This document shows, piece after piece, positions 15,323 to 25,261 of a stretch of DNA of 64,000 nt (its first letter is position 1; every line of letters starts with the position of its first letter). The stretch covers positions 1,152,001-1,216,000 of the forward strand of contig CAWFXA010000002.1 in the NCBI GenBank assembly GCA_963819655.1, given 5' to 3'. The stretch comes from an uncultured Chloroflexia bacterium (lineage in GTDB: Bacteria > Chloroflexota > Limnocylindria > Limnocylindrales > CSP1-4). The position numbers were made by a program, and so were the translations under genes. Below the pieces are notes generated by a model. The model was not told where the DNA came from. It saw only the letters and a list, made by a program, of their open reading frames with translations, and searched no databases.

Positions 15323-15574
15323 GCCTCCGGCCGTTCCTCGCAGACCCAGATCACGGCCGCCTCGGGCTCCACAAGGGCGGGGCGGCCGTTTGGCGTTCCT
15401 CGCGGCCTCCGGCCGTTCCTCGCAGACCCAGATCGCGGCTGCCATCGGGCTCCACAAAGGGCCCGAGGCGGCTTTTGACGTTCGTCGCGCGCCCCGGCCG
15501 GCCCGGGTCCGGCAGGCAGATCTCGGCCGCTCCGGGGTCCACAAGGGCCCGGGGCGGTCGTTGCCGTTCCTCGC
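15322..15574. repeat. three degenerate ~82-86 bp tandem repeats
   Basis: Units start near 15322, 15404, 15489; shared blocks cagatc, tccacaa(a)ggg and cgttcctcgc. Confidence 0.8.
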
Positions 15575-15729
15575 GGCCCGCGGTCGGCGACTCGGCCCCA
15601 AGTTTTCCTCAGCGGCTCGTCCGAGCAGCACGTGACGGACACGTATCCGTCAGTGGTTCGTTACGGCAAGCCGATGACATGAACCCAAGCGAGGATCGAG
15701 CGTGGCTTTGCTGTGCCAACGGTGCGAAC

Positions 15730-16422
15730 CTACGTCGTACCTCGTCGCGTGCTGCTCCCACGAGCCGCTGACAAGAAGATCAGCCCGGAGAGTCTGCCGG
15801 TGGGCGCCCGCACCCAACGATTGACTTCCGCGTTCCGTGTCGGGAACGCGTTCATGAATGTGGCCGCATGTTCATCGACACGGCGTCGTGCGGTGCTCGT
15901 CTCCGGCAGCACCAGCAAGCGCGCTACTTGCGTGACGGACCACCCGCGTTCACGCGCGATCTGAGGCGCCAAGCGGACTTTGCGATCAAGGGTAGCCAGC
16001 ATCCCACCGACGTCCGGGACGACCGTCTTGACTTCGACGATCAATAGCGTTCCGGTCGCCCGGTGGAACGCAAGGATGTCGATTGCTCCGCGCTCACCGA
16101 AGAAGTTGAACGACACCTCTGTCGCAACGTCCCAACCTTGGGAAGTCAGGCGTCGCACCATCGCGTCGACCAACGCGGCGTGTCTCCGATCGCGAAGTCG
16201 ATCGAGGGCCTCGCCCTGATAGAGCATCCGGACCGACAGGTAGCCGCCAAGCGCCGCGACGATCGCCGTCAGGCGGTCGAGCTGGAGGTCGCCCGCACGG
16301 CCTGCCTCGACCACGGCAATCGCCCACCTCGAGACTTTCGCCTCGGCAGCCAGTCGTCTTTGAGTCCAGCCACGTCGGCGTCGCAGCAGCCGGACGTCGC
16401 TCCCAAAACGGACCGCATCCAT
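15730..16422 (-). CDS. XRE-HTH fused to a PD-(D/E)xK nuclease-like domain
   Basis: N-terminal HTH LRRRRGWTQRRLAAEAKVS; C-terminal EVSF...IDILAF...IVEVKT. Confidence 0.75.
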   Translation of the reverse strand: MDAVRFGSDVRLLRRRRGWTQRRLAAEAKVSRWAIAVVEAGRAGDLQLDRLTAIVAALGGYLSVRMLYQGEALDRLRDRRHAALVDAMVRRLTSQGWDVATEVSFNFFGERGAIDILAFHRATGTLLIVEVKTVVPDVGGMLATLDRKVRLAPQIARERGWSVTQVARLLVLPETSTARRRVDEHAATFMNAFPTRNAEVNRWVRAPTGRLSGLIFLSAARGSSTRRGTT

Positions 16423-16499
16423 CGGGTGGAGTCTGGCCCGACCCGATTACCTCGGACTTATTCGCCGCTTATCGGGGTGTGGCCGCAACTGCGGATGCC

Positions 16500-17903
16500 T
16501 CAGCGCAGGAACAGGTCTACGCCCGGAGCGAGCGACATGGCGGCGATCACGATGGCGTATGCGACGAGCAGCAGAACGCCGGCCGCGAGATGCAGCTGGA
16601 CGTTGACGCCCATGAACGCCATCAGTCCATACGGGTTGTCGTAGTTGGGCGCCAGCCCCGAAGACACGCGACGCGCCAGGGGGATCGTCAGCAGCATCAG
16701 CAACGCCGGGATCGGCAGGACGCCGGCGACGACGCCGACCACGACGGCCGCGTAAGCCGCCACGACCGCCATGTTGTAGCCGCTGATGACAGCCGACCGT
16801 GAGAACCGCACGGGCAGGGTCCGCTTGCCAGCATGGGCATCGCCACGCCGGTCGGGGATCTCATTGACGTAGAGGATCAGCGCGACGAGGAGCGCGATCG
16901 GGATCGACGCCACGAACGGCTCCCATGACAGGGTCCCGCCGGTCTGGACGACGTACGCGCCGAGCAGCATCAGTGGCCCGAACCCGATCGCCACTGCGAT
17001 CTCGCCGAGTCCTCGATAGACGAACTTCAGCGGCGGTGCCGTATAGCCGAGCGACACGATGAACCCGACGACACCGATGACGAGCAGCGCGACCGACCCG
17101 CGTGTCGCGAGCAGCACGAGCCCGATCAGCCCCGCCGCGACATAGAAGACGGTCGCCAGTGTCGCCATCTGGCGCAGCGTCACCAGCCCGTACTGGATCA
17201 CCCGCGAACCACCACTGAACTTGGTCGGCGTCACGTTGGCGTCATCGGCCCCCTGGACCGTGTCGAAGACGTCGTTCGCGACGTTCAGCCCGAGCTGGAC
17301 GAAGGCCGCGCCTACGACCGTCAACGCGGCCGCGGCCAAATCGAAGACGCCGTGGCTCGCGGCGATCACGATGCCGAGCAGCACCGGCACGATGGTCGCG
17401 GTCAGGAAGGGCAGCCGGGTCGTGCGCAGGACGAGGGATCGGAAGCGCAGCCTCGGCTTGACGGGAGTGCCGCGCTCAAGGGACAGCGCGTCGAAGTACC
17501 GCCGCGAACGCGGCACTGACCGCTCCGAGTACTCGAAGAACGGGACCTCCGACTCGTCCCAGCCCCACGCGGAGCGCCCGACGAGCGTGAGGACGCGGGC
17601 CATCGAATCCGGGCGCATGCCCGGCGACACGCGGCCCCAGACCGTCACGTGGCGGCGCTCGTCGTAGCCATATCCGGGCTGCGGCCGAATGTGCGATCCG
17701 GTCAGGGACACCTCGCGGTTGGTCGGCACGGCCAGGCCGGTCGGCACCGGGAATGTCGCGGCGCCGCTGCGCGGATCGATCGACGCCGTGACGGCGACCG
17801 ACACGGGGTAGCCCGTGTCGTCGACCCAGGAGGCGATGTGGAACGGATAGGTTGCGAGCTTTTCGAGCCCGGTTCGGGCGTCCAGCTCCGGTGTCGAGCG
17901 CAT
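16500..17903 (-). CDS. menA: MenA/UbiA-family prenyltransferase with an extra ~155-aa N-terminal soluble (split-barrel-like) domain
   Basis: NDVFDTVQGADD and NEIPDRRGDAHAGKRTL Asp-rich motifs, GGSR, YTAPP, YRGLGE; TGATG overlap with the upstream gene. Confidence 0.75.
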   Translation of the reverse strand: MRSTPELDARTGLEKLATYPFHIASWVDDTGYPVSVAVTASIDPRSGAATFPVPTGLAVPTNREVSLTGSHIRPQPGYGYDERRHVTVWGRVSPGMRPDSMARVLTLVGRSAWGWDESEVPFFEYSERSVPRSRRYFDALSLERGTPVKPRLRFRSLVLRTTRLPFLTATIVPVLLGIVIAASHGVFDLAAAALTVVGAAFVQLGLNVANDVFDTVQGADDANVTPTKFSGGSRVIQYGLVTLRQMATLATVFYVAAGLIGLVLLATRGSVALLVIGVVGFIVSLGYTAPPLKFVYRGLGEIAVAIGFGPLMLLGAYVVQTGGTLSWEPFVASIPIALLVALILYVNEIPDRRGDAHAGKRTLPVRFSRSAVISGYNMAVVAAYAAVVVGVVAGVLPIPALLMLLTIPLARRVSSGLAPNYDNPYGLMAFMGVNVQLHLAAGVLLLVAYAIVIAAMSLAPGVDLFLR

Positions 17904-18385
17904 CACGCCGCCTCCGTGCCGACCACCGTCACGACCGGCGCCACCGATGCGTCGCCGTCCGGCCAGTACAGGACCCGCCTGGGCGTGATCTCGATAAGAG
18001 CCCGCTCGAAGAACAACGGCAGTGCCACCCGAGCCTCGAGGAACGCGACGATGGCCGGTTCCTTGGCCGACCAGATGGGGAGCAGTCGCTCCCAACCACC
18101 ATGCGGGTCGTCGGCGATGACCCGGGCATCACCCTGGATCGTGACGCGGTCGGTCCGGCCGCCGACGCTGATCGGGTCGGTGACGGACACCGACACCTTC
18201 GCATTTCGAGCGATGTGTTCGAGCTTGCGGCTGAACAGCGTCGACGAGGTCATGTAGATGCGCTCACCATCCCAGAGCGGGATCAACGGATACGTGACGG
18301 GACGCCCCTTCGGGTCCACGACCGTGAGTTCGGCGACGAGGGCCTGCGCAATGAGTTCAGCGGCGGGGGTCGGGATCGTGGCCAT
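17903..18385 (-). CDS. pyridoxamine-5'-phosphate-oxidase-like (FMN/F420 split-barrel) protein
   Basis: LTVVDPKGRP, RKLEHIARNAKVSV, VTIQGDA, IEITPRRVLYW; SD AGGAG. Confidence 0.75.
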   Translation of the reverse strand: MATIPTPAAELIAQALVAELTVVDPKGRPVTYPLIPLWDGERIYMTSSTLFSRKLEHIARNAKVSVSVTDPISVGGRTDRVTIQGDARVIADDPHGGWERLLPIWSAKEPAIVAFLEARVALPLFFERALIEITPRRVLYWPDGDASVAPVVTVVGTEAA

Positions 18386-18528
18386 GAGATCGGCTCCTGC
18401 GGTGTGGGCGTCACTGCGTCCGTGACAACCATAGCACATATCGCTACCGCTGTGTAGCACGTTTCTTCCAGGCGCCTGCCGGCTGGACGGGCGGCCGGCG
18501 ACGACGTGCTGGAGTACCATGCCCGCCC

Positions 18529-19479
18529 ATGCCGGAAACCGCCGAGTCGGTCGACTCGACCTCGCTCATCCATGCCCGCGGACTGACCAAGCGCTTCGGA
18601 GATATCACCGCGGTCGACGCCATCGATTTCGACGTCGCTCCCGGCGAATCCTTCGGCTTCCTTGGACCGAACGGCGCGGGCAAGACGTCGACGATGCGGA
18701 TGATCGGCTGCGTGTCGCCGCTGAGCGGCGGGTCGCTGCGCATCCTCGGCCTCGACCCAGGCCGTGACGGCCCGCAGATCCGTGGGCGGCTCGGCGTCGT
18801 GCCCCAGCAGGACACGCTCGACACCGAGCTGACCGTCCGCGAGAACCTCCTGCTCTATGGTCGCTACTTCGGATTGAGCCACGCCGAGTGTTCCCGGCGT
18901 GCCGACGAGCTGCTCGAATTCGCCCAGCTTACCGAGCGCGCCGGCGATCAGGTCGAGCACATGTCGGGCGGCATGAAACGCCGGCTGACGATCGCCCGCA
19001 GCCTCATCAACGAACCCGAGCTCCTGTTGCTCGACGAGCCGACCACCGGTCTCGACCCACAGGCGCGTCACCTGCTGTGGGACCGGCTGTACCGGCTCAA
19101 GCAACGCGGCGTGACCCTGGTCCTGACCACCCACTACATGGACGAGGCCGAGCAGCTGTGCGATCGACTCGTCGTCATGGACAAGGCGAGGATCGTGGCC
19201 GAAGGCTCGCCGCGCTCCTTGATCGAGCAGTACTCGACACGTGAGGTGACCGAGCTGCGCTTCGCGCCCGGCGTCCAGGACACGCTCGACGGTCAACTCG
19301 AAGGCCTAGCCGAACGGGTCGAGCGGTTGCCGGACCGCGTGCTGCTCTATGCCGACGACGGGGAGGCCGCAGTCGCGGCGGCCCACGCGCGCGGACTCGA
19401 GCCCGAGACCGTCCTCGTCCGACGGTCGTCGCTCGAGGACGTCTTCCTGCGCCTCACCGGGCGCTCGCTGATCGACTGA
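18529..19479 (+). CDS. ABC-2 exporter ATP-binding protein (NodI/DrrA-like)
   Basis: GPNGAGKT, MSGGMKRRL, LLLDEPTTGLD, SLEDVFL. Confidence 0.92.
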   Translation: MPETAESVDSTSLIHARGLTKRFGDITAVDAIDFDVAPGESFGFLGPNGAGKTSTMRMIGCVSPLSGGSLRILGLDPGRDGPQIRGRLGVVPQQDTLDTELTVRENLLLYGRYFGLSHAECSRRADELLEFAQLTERAGDQVEHMSGGMKRRLTIARSLINEPELLLLDEPTTGLDPQARHLLWDRLYRLKQRGVTLVLTTHYMDEAEQLCDRLVVMDKARIVAEGSPRSLIEQYSTREVTELRFAPGVQDTLDGQLEGLAERVERLPDRVLLYADDGEAAVAAAHARGLEPETVLVRRSSLEDVFLRLTGRSLID

Positions 19480-20285
19480 TGGCGGCCGCCATCCGACCGT
19501 TGGCCGGGATCGGCCGTGTCTTCGAGCACCGCTTCGTCATCTACCGACGGACGTTCCGGGCGAGCCTGTTCAGCTCCTTCCTGACGCCGATCATGTTCCT
19601 CGCCGCCATGGGCCTGGGGCTGGGCGGATACGTCGATCAGTCGGGCGCTGCCGCGCTCGGCGGGGTGTCGTACCTGGCCTTCCTGGCCCCGGGGCTGCTC
19701 GTCGCCACGTGTATGCAGGCAGCCGCGTTCGAGGCGACCTTCCCGATCATGGCCGGGCTCGTGTGGAGCCGCGTGTACCACGCGATGTTTGCGACGCCGA
19801 TCACCCCGCGCGACATCGCACTCGGCAACATCGTGTGGTTCGCGGCGCGACTGCTCCTGATCGCGACCGTGTTCACGGTCGTGATCGTCCTGTTCGGAGC
19901 CGCGACGTCGCCGCTCGTCATCCTGGCGATCCCGGTCGCGGCATTGACAGGCCTGGGCTTCGCCACCCCGATCGCTGCGTTCGCCGCGACGCAGCGCACG
20001 CCCGAACGGTTCGCTGCGATCTTCCGGTTCGGGATCATGCCGTTGTTCCTGTTCTCCGGCACCTTCTACCCGATCGAGTCGTTGCCCGCGTTCGTCCAGC
20101 CGCTGGCCTGGCTGACCCCGCTGTACCACGGCGTCGTCGTGGCGCGCGGCCTGTCGCTCGGCACCATCGGCCAGGATCCGACCATCGAGATGGCGGTCGT
20201 CCACCTGGCGATCCTCGTGGCCTTCGCGGTCGTCGGCGCTGTCCTCACCGTCCGCACCGTCACCGCAAAGCTGTTGCGCGGATGA
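19479..20285 (+). CDS. ABC-2 permease (NodJ-like)
   Basis: YLAFLAPGL, PLFLFSGTFYP; about 6 TM. Confidence 0.88.
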   Translation: MAAAIRPLAGIGRVFEHRFVIYRRTFRASLFSSFLTPIMFLAAMGLGLGGYVDQSGAAALGGVSYLAFLAPGLLVATCMQAAAFEATFPIMAGLVWSRVYHAMFATPITPRDIALGNIVWFAARLLLIATVFTVVIVLFGAATSPLVILAIPVAALTGLGFATPIAAFAATQRTPERFAAIFRFGIMPLFLFSGTFYPIESLPAFVQPLAWLTPLYHGVVVARGLSLGTIGQDPTIEMAVVHLAILVAFAVVGAVLTVRTVTAKLLRG

Positions 20286-21082
20286 CCGCGCTGCCGCTCA
20301 CGTCCGCCCTGCTCATCGGCAGCCGTCGGTCGCTGCGCCTCGTCGAGCGCAATATCTTCGTGTACAGCCACACATGGATCGTGCTGCTGTCGGGCTTCTT
20401 CGAGCCGCTGTTCTACCTGCTCAGCATCGGGTTCGGGCTGGGCGCGCTGATCGGCACGATCCCGGGGCCTGACGGGCAGCCGATCCCGTACCAATTGTTC
20501 GTCGCCCCTGCGCTCCTGGCGAGCGCCGCGATGAACGGCGCGATCAACGAGAGCACGTTCAACTTCTTCTTCAAGCTCAACTACAACAAGACATTCACAG
20601 CCATCCTGGCGACCCCGCTGTCCGCCGGCGACATCGCGGTGGGCGAGCTGATCTGGGCGCTCATCCGCGGCGGCCTCTACGCGATCGGCTTCATGGTCGT
20701 CCTCGTGGTCCTCGGCCTGGTCGTGTCGCCGTGGGTCGTGCTCGCGGTTCCGGCTTCCCTGCTGGTCGGATTCGCGTTCGGGGCGGTCGGGATGGCAGCC
20801 ACGTCATTCATGAAGACGTGGCAGGACTTCGATCTCGTCCAACTCGTCGTCCTCCCGCTGTTCCTGTTCTCGGGGACGTTCTATCCGATCGAGACCTATC
20901 CCGAGCCCATCCAGGTCATCGTCCAGCTGTCGCCGCTGTACCAGGGCGTCGCCCTCATCCGTGCGCTGACGATCGGCGCGATCTCGCCGATCCTGCTCGT
21001 CCACGTCGTGTACCTGCTGGTCCTGGGGTTCGTGGGCCTGTACGTGGTCTCACGCCGGCTCGACAAGCTTCTGCTCCAGTGA
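20282..21082 (+). CDS. ABC-2 permease (second subunit)
   Basis: FFEPLFYL, FVAPALL, PLFLFSGTFYP; ATGA overlap. Confidence 0.88.
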   Translation: MTALPLTSALLIGSRRSLRLVERNIFVYSHTWIVLLSGFFEPLFYLLSIGFGLGALIGTIPGPDGQPIPYQLFVAPALLASAAMNGAINESTFNFFFKLNYNKTFTAILATPLSAGDIAVGELIWALIRGGLYAIGFMVVLVVLGLVVSPWVVLAVPASLLVGFAFGAVGMAATSFMKTWQDFDLVQLVVLPLFLFSGTFYPIETYPEPIQVIVQLSPLYQGVALIRALTIGAISPILLVHVVYLLVLGFVGLYVVSRRLDKLLLQ

Positions 21083-21765
21083 CCGACCGGGCCGCGCTCG
21101 CGGCCCTCACCGCGGAGATCGTCGTGTGCAGGCGGTGTCCGCGCCTCGTCGAGTGGCGGGAACGGGTCGCGCACGAGAAGGTCGCGCGATTCCGCGACGA
21201 GACGTACTGGGGCCGGCCGGTGCCGGGCTTCGGCGACCCTGACGCGCGGATCCTGTTGGTGGGTCTGGCACCCGCGGCCCATGGCGGAAACCGAACGGGA
21301 CGGGTCTTCACCGGGGACGCGTCCGGTGACTTCCTGTGGGCGGCGCTCCATCGATCCGGCCTCGCCGATCGGCCGTCGTCGCGGCGCGCCGACGACGGGT
21401 TGACGCTCACCGACGTCTACATCGCTGCGGCCGTGCGGTGCGCCCCGCCGGCCAACAAGCCGACGCCGGACGAGCGCGACAACTGCGCGCCGTACCTGGC
21501 CCGCGAGCTCGGCCTGTTGGAGCGCGTCCGGGGCCTGCTAGCGCTCGGTGCCTACGGCTGGGACGCCGCCCTCCGCGCGATGGCTGCCAACGGGCACACG
21601 GTCCGGGTCAAGCCACGGTTCGGTCACGGTGCTGTCGCGGAGGTCGGTTCGTATCGGCTGATCGGCTCGTACCACCCGAGTCAGCAGAACACGTTCACGG
21701 GCAAGCTGACGCCCGCGATGTTCGATGCCGTCATCGCGACGGCCAAGGAACTCGCCCTCTCGTAG
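21079..21765 (+). CDS. udgB: family 5 uracil-DNA glycosylase
   Basis: CRRCPRL, GLAPAAHGGNRTGRVFTGD, CAPPANKP, YHPSQQN. Confidence 0.88.
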   Translation: MTDRAALAALTAEIVVCRRCPRLVEWRERVAHEKVARFRDETYWGRPVPGFGDPDARILLVGLAPAAHGGNRTGRVFTGDASGDFLWAALHRSGLADRPSSRRADDGLTLTDVYIAAAVRCAPPANKPTPDERDNCAPYLARELGLLERVRGLLALGAYGWDAALRAMAANGHTVRVKPRFGHGAVAEVGSYRLIGSYHPSQQNTFTGKLTPAMFDAVIATAKELALS

Positions 21766-21777
21766 ACTTCTCGCTCG

Positions 21778-22890
21778 ATGGCCACCACGGAGCGCGATCT
21801 GTACGAGGTCCTCGGCGTGCAGCGCGGTGCGAGCGACGCCGAGATCAAGCGCGCCTTCCGCAAGCTCGCCCAACAGTGGCACCCGGACGTGAACAAGGAT
21901 CCACAGGCATCAGCTCGTTTCAAGGAGGCGAGCGAGGCCTACCAGATCCTGTCCGATCCGGATCGCCGCCAGCGGTACGACACGTTCGGCCGCGCCGGGG
22001 TGGATGGCGGGGCCGCGGGAGCCGGCTTCGAGGGGTTCGGCGGGTTCAGCGACATCTTCGACGCGTTCTTCGGCGGCGCGGCGTCCGGGTCCGCGCGACG
22101 GGGCAGGCCGCAACCCGGCTCCGATCTGCGGTACGACATGCGTGTCACGTTCGAGGAGGCCGTCAGGGGGACGGAGAAGGAGATCGATTTCCGCGCGCTC
22201 GGCCGGTGCGAGACATGCAGTGGCACGGGAGCGGCACCCGGGACCGAGGCGACGACATGTCCGCAGTGCGAAGGTCGCGGCGAGGTGCGCAGCGTCCGCC
22301 AGACGATGCTCGGGCAGATGGTCAACGTGAGCGCCTGCCCGCGCTGTCGGGGTGAGGGCAAGATCGTCGAGACCCCGTGCGAGACATGCAAGGGCGACGG
22401 GCGGACCGAGCGCAAGCGAACGCTGCGGGTGACGATCCCAGCCGGGATCGACGAGGGCCACCAGATCCGGCTGACCAACGAGGGCGAGGTCGGGCCGCGC
22501 GGCGGACCTCCCGGATCGTTGTACGTGGCTGTCCATGTCGCCCCGCACCCGAGCCTCAAGCGCGATGGGACGGAGCTCTACTACGAGGCCGGGATCTCGA
22601 TCGCCCAGGCGGCACTCGGGACGACCCTCCAGGTACCGACCATCGACGGGTCCGAAGAGGTCGAGATCAAGCCAGGGACCCAGCCGGATACCGAGATCCG
22701 CCTGCGCGGCAAGGGCGTGCCCCATCTCCGACGAGCAGGCTCGCGCGGCGACCTCCACGTGCTCGTCGATGTCGAGGTCCCGAAGAAGCTGTCGAAGAAG
22801 CAGCGCGAGCTCCTCGAGGCATACGCCCGCGAGTCGGGTGAAAAGGTCGGCGGATCGGGCGGCATCCTCGACAAGCTCGGACTGGGGTGA
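21778..22890 (+). CDS. dnaJ: chaperone DnaJ
   Basis: J domain with HPD, G/F region, four CxxCxGxG repeats. Confidence 0.97.
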   Translation: MATTERDLYEVLGVQRGASDAEIKRAFRKLAQQWHPDVNKDPQASARFKEASEAYQILSDPDRRQRYDTFGRAGVDGGAAGAGFEGFGGFSDIFDAFFGGAASGSARRGRPQPGSDLRYDMRVTFEEAVRGTEKEIDFRALGRCETCSGTGAAPGTEATTCPQCEGRGEVRSVRQTMLGQMVNVSACPRCRGEGKIVETPCETCKGDGRTERKRTLRVTIPAGIDEGHQIRLTNEGEVGPRGGPPGSLYVAVHVAPHPSLKRDGTELYYEAGISIAQAALGTTLQVPTIDGSEEVEIKPGTQPDTEIRLRGKGVPHLRRAGSRGDLHVLVDVEVPKKLSKKQRELLEAYARESGEKVGGSGGILDKLGLG

Positions 22891-23826
22891 AGTCCGAGCC
22901 ACCCGCGGCCTGGCTCGAACTCGCTGTCGAGGCGGACCTCGAGGCGGTCGAGGCGGTCAGTGAGATCCTCGGACGGGTGGCGAGCGGCGGGACGTCGGTC
23001 GAGCCCGGGTTCGAGCTCGTCGACGAGGGGCTCGACGCGCGGATCGATCCCGACGCGACCGGCGGTCGTCCGCGGATATGCCCCGGCGGTGGATCCGGCG
23101 GCCGCCGAAGCGGCCGCTGCCGAGGTCGCGGAAGCGCTCGGCCACCTGCAGGCGTTCGGCCTGCGGCCCATCGGTGAGCTCCGGACCCGCATCGTCCACG
23201 AGGCGGACTGGGCCGAGGCATGGAAGGCATTCTTTCCCGTGCTGCGCGTGGGCCGCCGGCTCGTGATCCGTCCGACGTGGCGCCGCCACCGCGCGCGCCC
23301 GGGCGACGTCGTGCTCGCGCTCGATCCCGGGATGGCCTTCGGGACCGGCCTCCACCCGACGACCCGCCTGTGTCTCGCGGCTCTCGAACCACTGGCGGAC
23401 GATGGCCGGCTCGCTGACGCCACGGTCCTCGACGTCGGATGCGGCTCGGGGATCCTGGCCATCGCCGCGCTCCGACTCGGTGCCGCGTCGGCACTGGGCG
23501 TCGACACCGACCAGATCGCGATCGAGTCGACGCACACCAATGCGCGACGGAACCGGCTCGCACGCCGGCTTCGTGCGCGCGCGGGCAGCCTTCCGACCGG
23601 GGAGGAGCCCTTCGACGTCGTCCTGGCCAATCTGATCGCCGGCGTCCTCGTCCCGCTGGCCGCGGAACTCCGCGACGAGGTCCGACCGGGCGGCACGCTC
23701 GTGGCGTCGGGCATCTTCGTCGACCGCGAGAGCGACGTCCGGGCGGCCTTCGAGCCCGCCGGCCTGCGCGTCGTCGACCGATCGGTCGAGGGCGACTGGA
23801 TCGCACTGGTCGCCCGGCGGCGCTGA
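22887..23826 (+). pseudogene. prmA: ribosomal protein L11 methyltransferase with an apparent one-base frameshift
   Basis: N-terminus WLELAVEAD in one frame; DWAEAWK, DPGMAFGTGLHPTT, LDVGCGSGIL in another; removing one C from CCC 23049-23051 joins them (IDPTRPAVVRGY). Confidence 0.8.
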
Positions 23827-23862
23827 CGGCCCGGACGACCGCCTCGATGTACGATCGGCCGG

Positions 23863-24321
23863 ATGCCCACGAGCCTGTTCCCCGTCCTGCTCGCGACGCA
23901 CGTGATCCTCGCGGTCAGCCTGTTCCTGCCGTCGATCCTGCTGCCGTTCGCGTTGCGCACCCGGCGCGCCGCGGTCGACTCGGACAGCGGGCTCGTGCGG
24001 ACGCTGTTGTGGGGCCAGTCGCACGGCACGCTGGTGATCGGCGCAGGCCTGGCGCTGACCGGTGTCGGGCTGGTCGCGACCCTGGGACTGACCCTGCTGC
24101 AGCAGCCGTGGCTGCTGCTCGCACTGCTGATCTACGCCGCGAACCTGGCGCTCGCGTTCTTCATCCAGCGGCCGAACCTGCGGAGGCTGATCGGGATCAC
24201 GGCCGCTGCCGATGACCGCGTCTGGCTCGATCGCGCGCGACGCCAGCGGTACGTGTCGTACCTGATGGCCGGGCTCGTCGGGGTCATCGGCTTCCTCATG
24301 AGCACGAAGCCGAGCCTGTGA
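23863..24321 (+). CDS. four-TM membrane protein (DUF2269-like)
   Basis: LLATHVILA, LTGVGL, PWLL, C-terminal FLMSTKP. Confidence 0.6.
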   Translation: MPTSLFPVLLATHVILAVSLFLPSILLPFALRTRRAAVDSDSGLVRTLLWGQSHGTLVIGAGLALTGVGLVATLGLTLLQQPWLLLALLIYAANLALAFFIQRPNLRRLIGITAAADDRVWLDRARRQRYVSYLMAGLVGVIGFLMSTKPSL

Positions 24322-24668
24322 TGGCGTCCGACTGCCTGTTCTGCCGCATCGTCGCGGGCGAGATCCCGGCGACGACGGTCCACGACGACGACCTCGTCCT
24401 CGCCATCCGCGACATCGCGCCGCGGGCACCGACACACATCCTGCTCATGCCCAAAGCGCACATCGCTTCTGCGCTCGAACTGACCGAGGCCGACGGCCCC
24501 CTGATCGGCCGCATCTTCGCCGTTGCCGCCGATCTCGCCCGTTCGGAGGGGATCGCGGAGGGCGGCTACCGCCTGGTGTCGAACGTCGGGCGCTGGGGCG
24601 GCCAGTCGGTCGACCACCTCCACGTGCATCTCATGGGCGGTCGGGCATTCGAATGGCCGCCCGGGTGA
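24321..24668 (+). CDS. histidine triad (HIT/Hint) nucleotide-binding protein
   Basis: CLFCRI, DIAPRAPTH, GQSVDHLHVHLMGGR. Confidence 0.92.
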   Translation: MASDCLFCRIVAGEIPATTVHDDDLVLAIRDIAPRAPTHILLMPKAHIASALELTEADGPLIGRIFAVAADLARSEGIAEGGYRLVSNVGRWGGQSVDHLHVHLMGGRAFEWPPG

Positions 24669-25228
24669 GCGTGGGGCGCAAGGTCGTTGCACGCGCCATC
24701 GTGGCCGGCGCGGCTGTCGCGGCCGCCGCGATCGTGGCCGCATGCGGGCCGAGCGACACGCCCGTCGTCACGCCGCGACCCGCTGTCGCGACCGGCGGCC
24801 CGACCCGAACCGTCGGCCCGGTCGTCGCCCAGACCCGGGCAGATCTGGTCCGGGTCCTCGGTGGTCGCAACCTCGTCCTCCAGGATTCGGCCGCGCAGTT
24901 CCGCCCGCCAGAGGACGCGCAGTTCACCACCACGCCGCGGGCGCTCTACCAGGTGATCCTGCCGCAGGCCCCCGGGGAGGGCTTCATCGTCGTCTACGAG
25001 TTCCCCGACCCGACGACGGCCGCCGAGGCGGCCACGGCGCAGGCCGCCTACCTCGCGACGGGCCCGGCCAGGGTCCAGTCGGCCCTGGGGGCGCGCCACA
25101 TCATCCGGCTCGTGGGAGCGACCGTCGTGCTCTACTCGTGGGTCCCGGAGGGCACCAGGGATCCGCTGCAGCCGGACATACAGGCCGCGCTCGAGACGCT
25201 CGGAACGGGCGTGCCCGTCCCGTCCTGA
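24665..25228 (+). CDS. putative lipoprotein
   Basis: Signal peptide ending IVAAC; GTGA overlap with the HIT gene. Confidence 0.6.
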   Translation: MSVGRKVVARAIVAGAAVAAAAIVAACGPSDTPVVTPRPAVATGGPTRTVGPVVAQTRADLVRVLGGRNLVLQDSAAQFRPPEDAQFTTTPRALYQVILPQAPGEGFIVVYEFPDPTTAAEAATAQAAYLATGPARVQSALGARHIIRLVGATVVLYSWVPEGTRDPLQPDIQAALETLGTGVPVPS

Positions 25229-25261
25229 CCGCGGCGCGCCGACCCCGCAGGCTGCCGGCCG

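Noticed and set aside
18430-18460. tagc/gcta inverted repeats between divergent genes
   Set aside because: Explained adequately by extended -10 motifs (TGCTA) on the minus strand; arms are too short to call an operator
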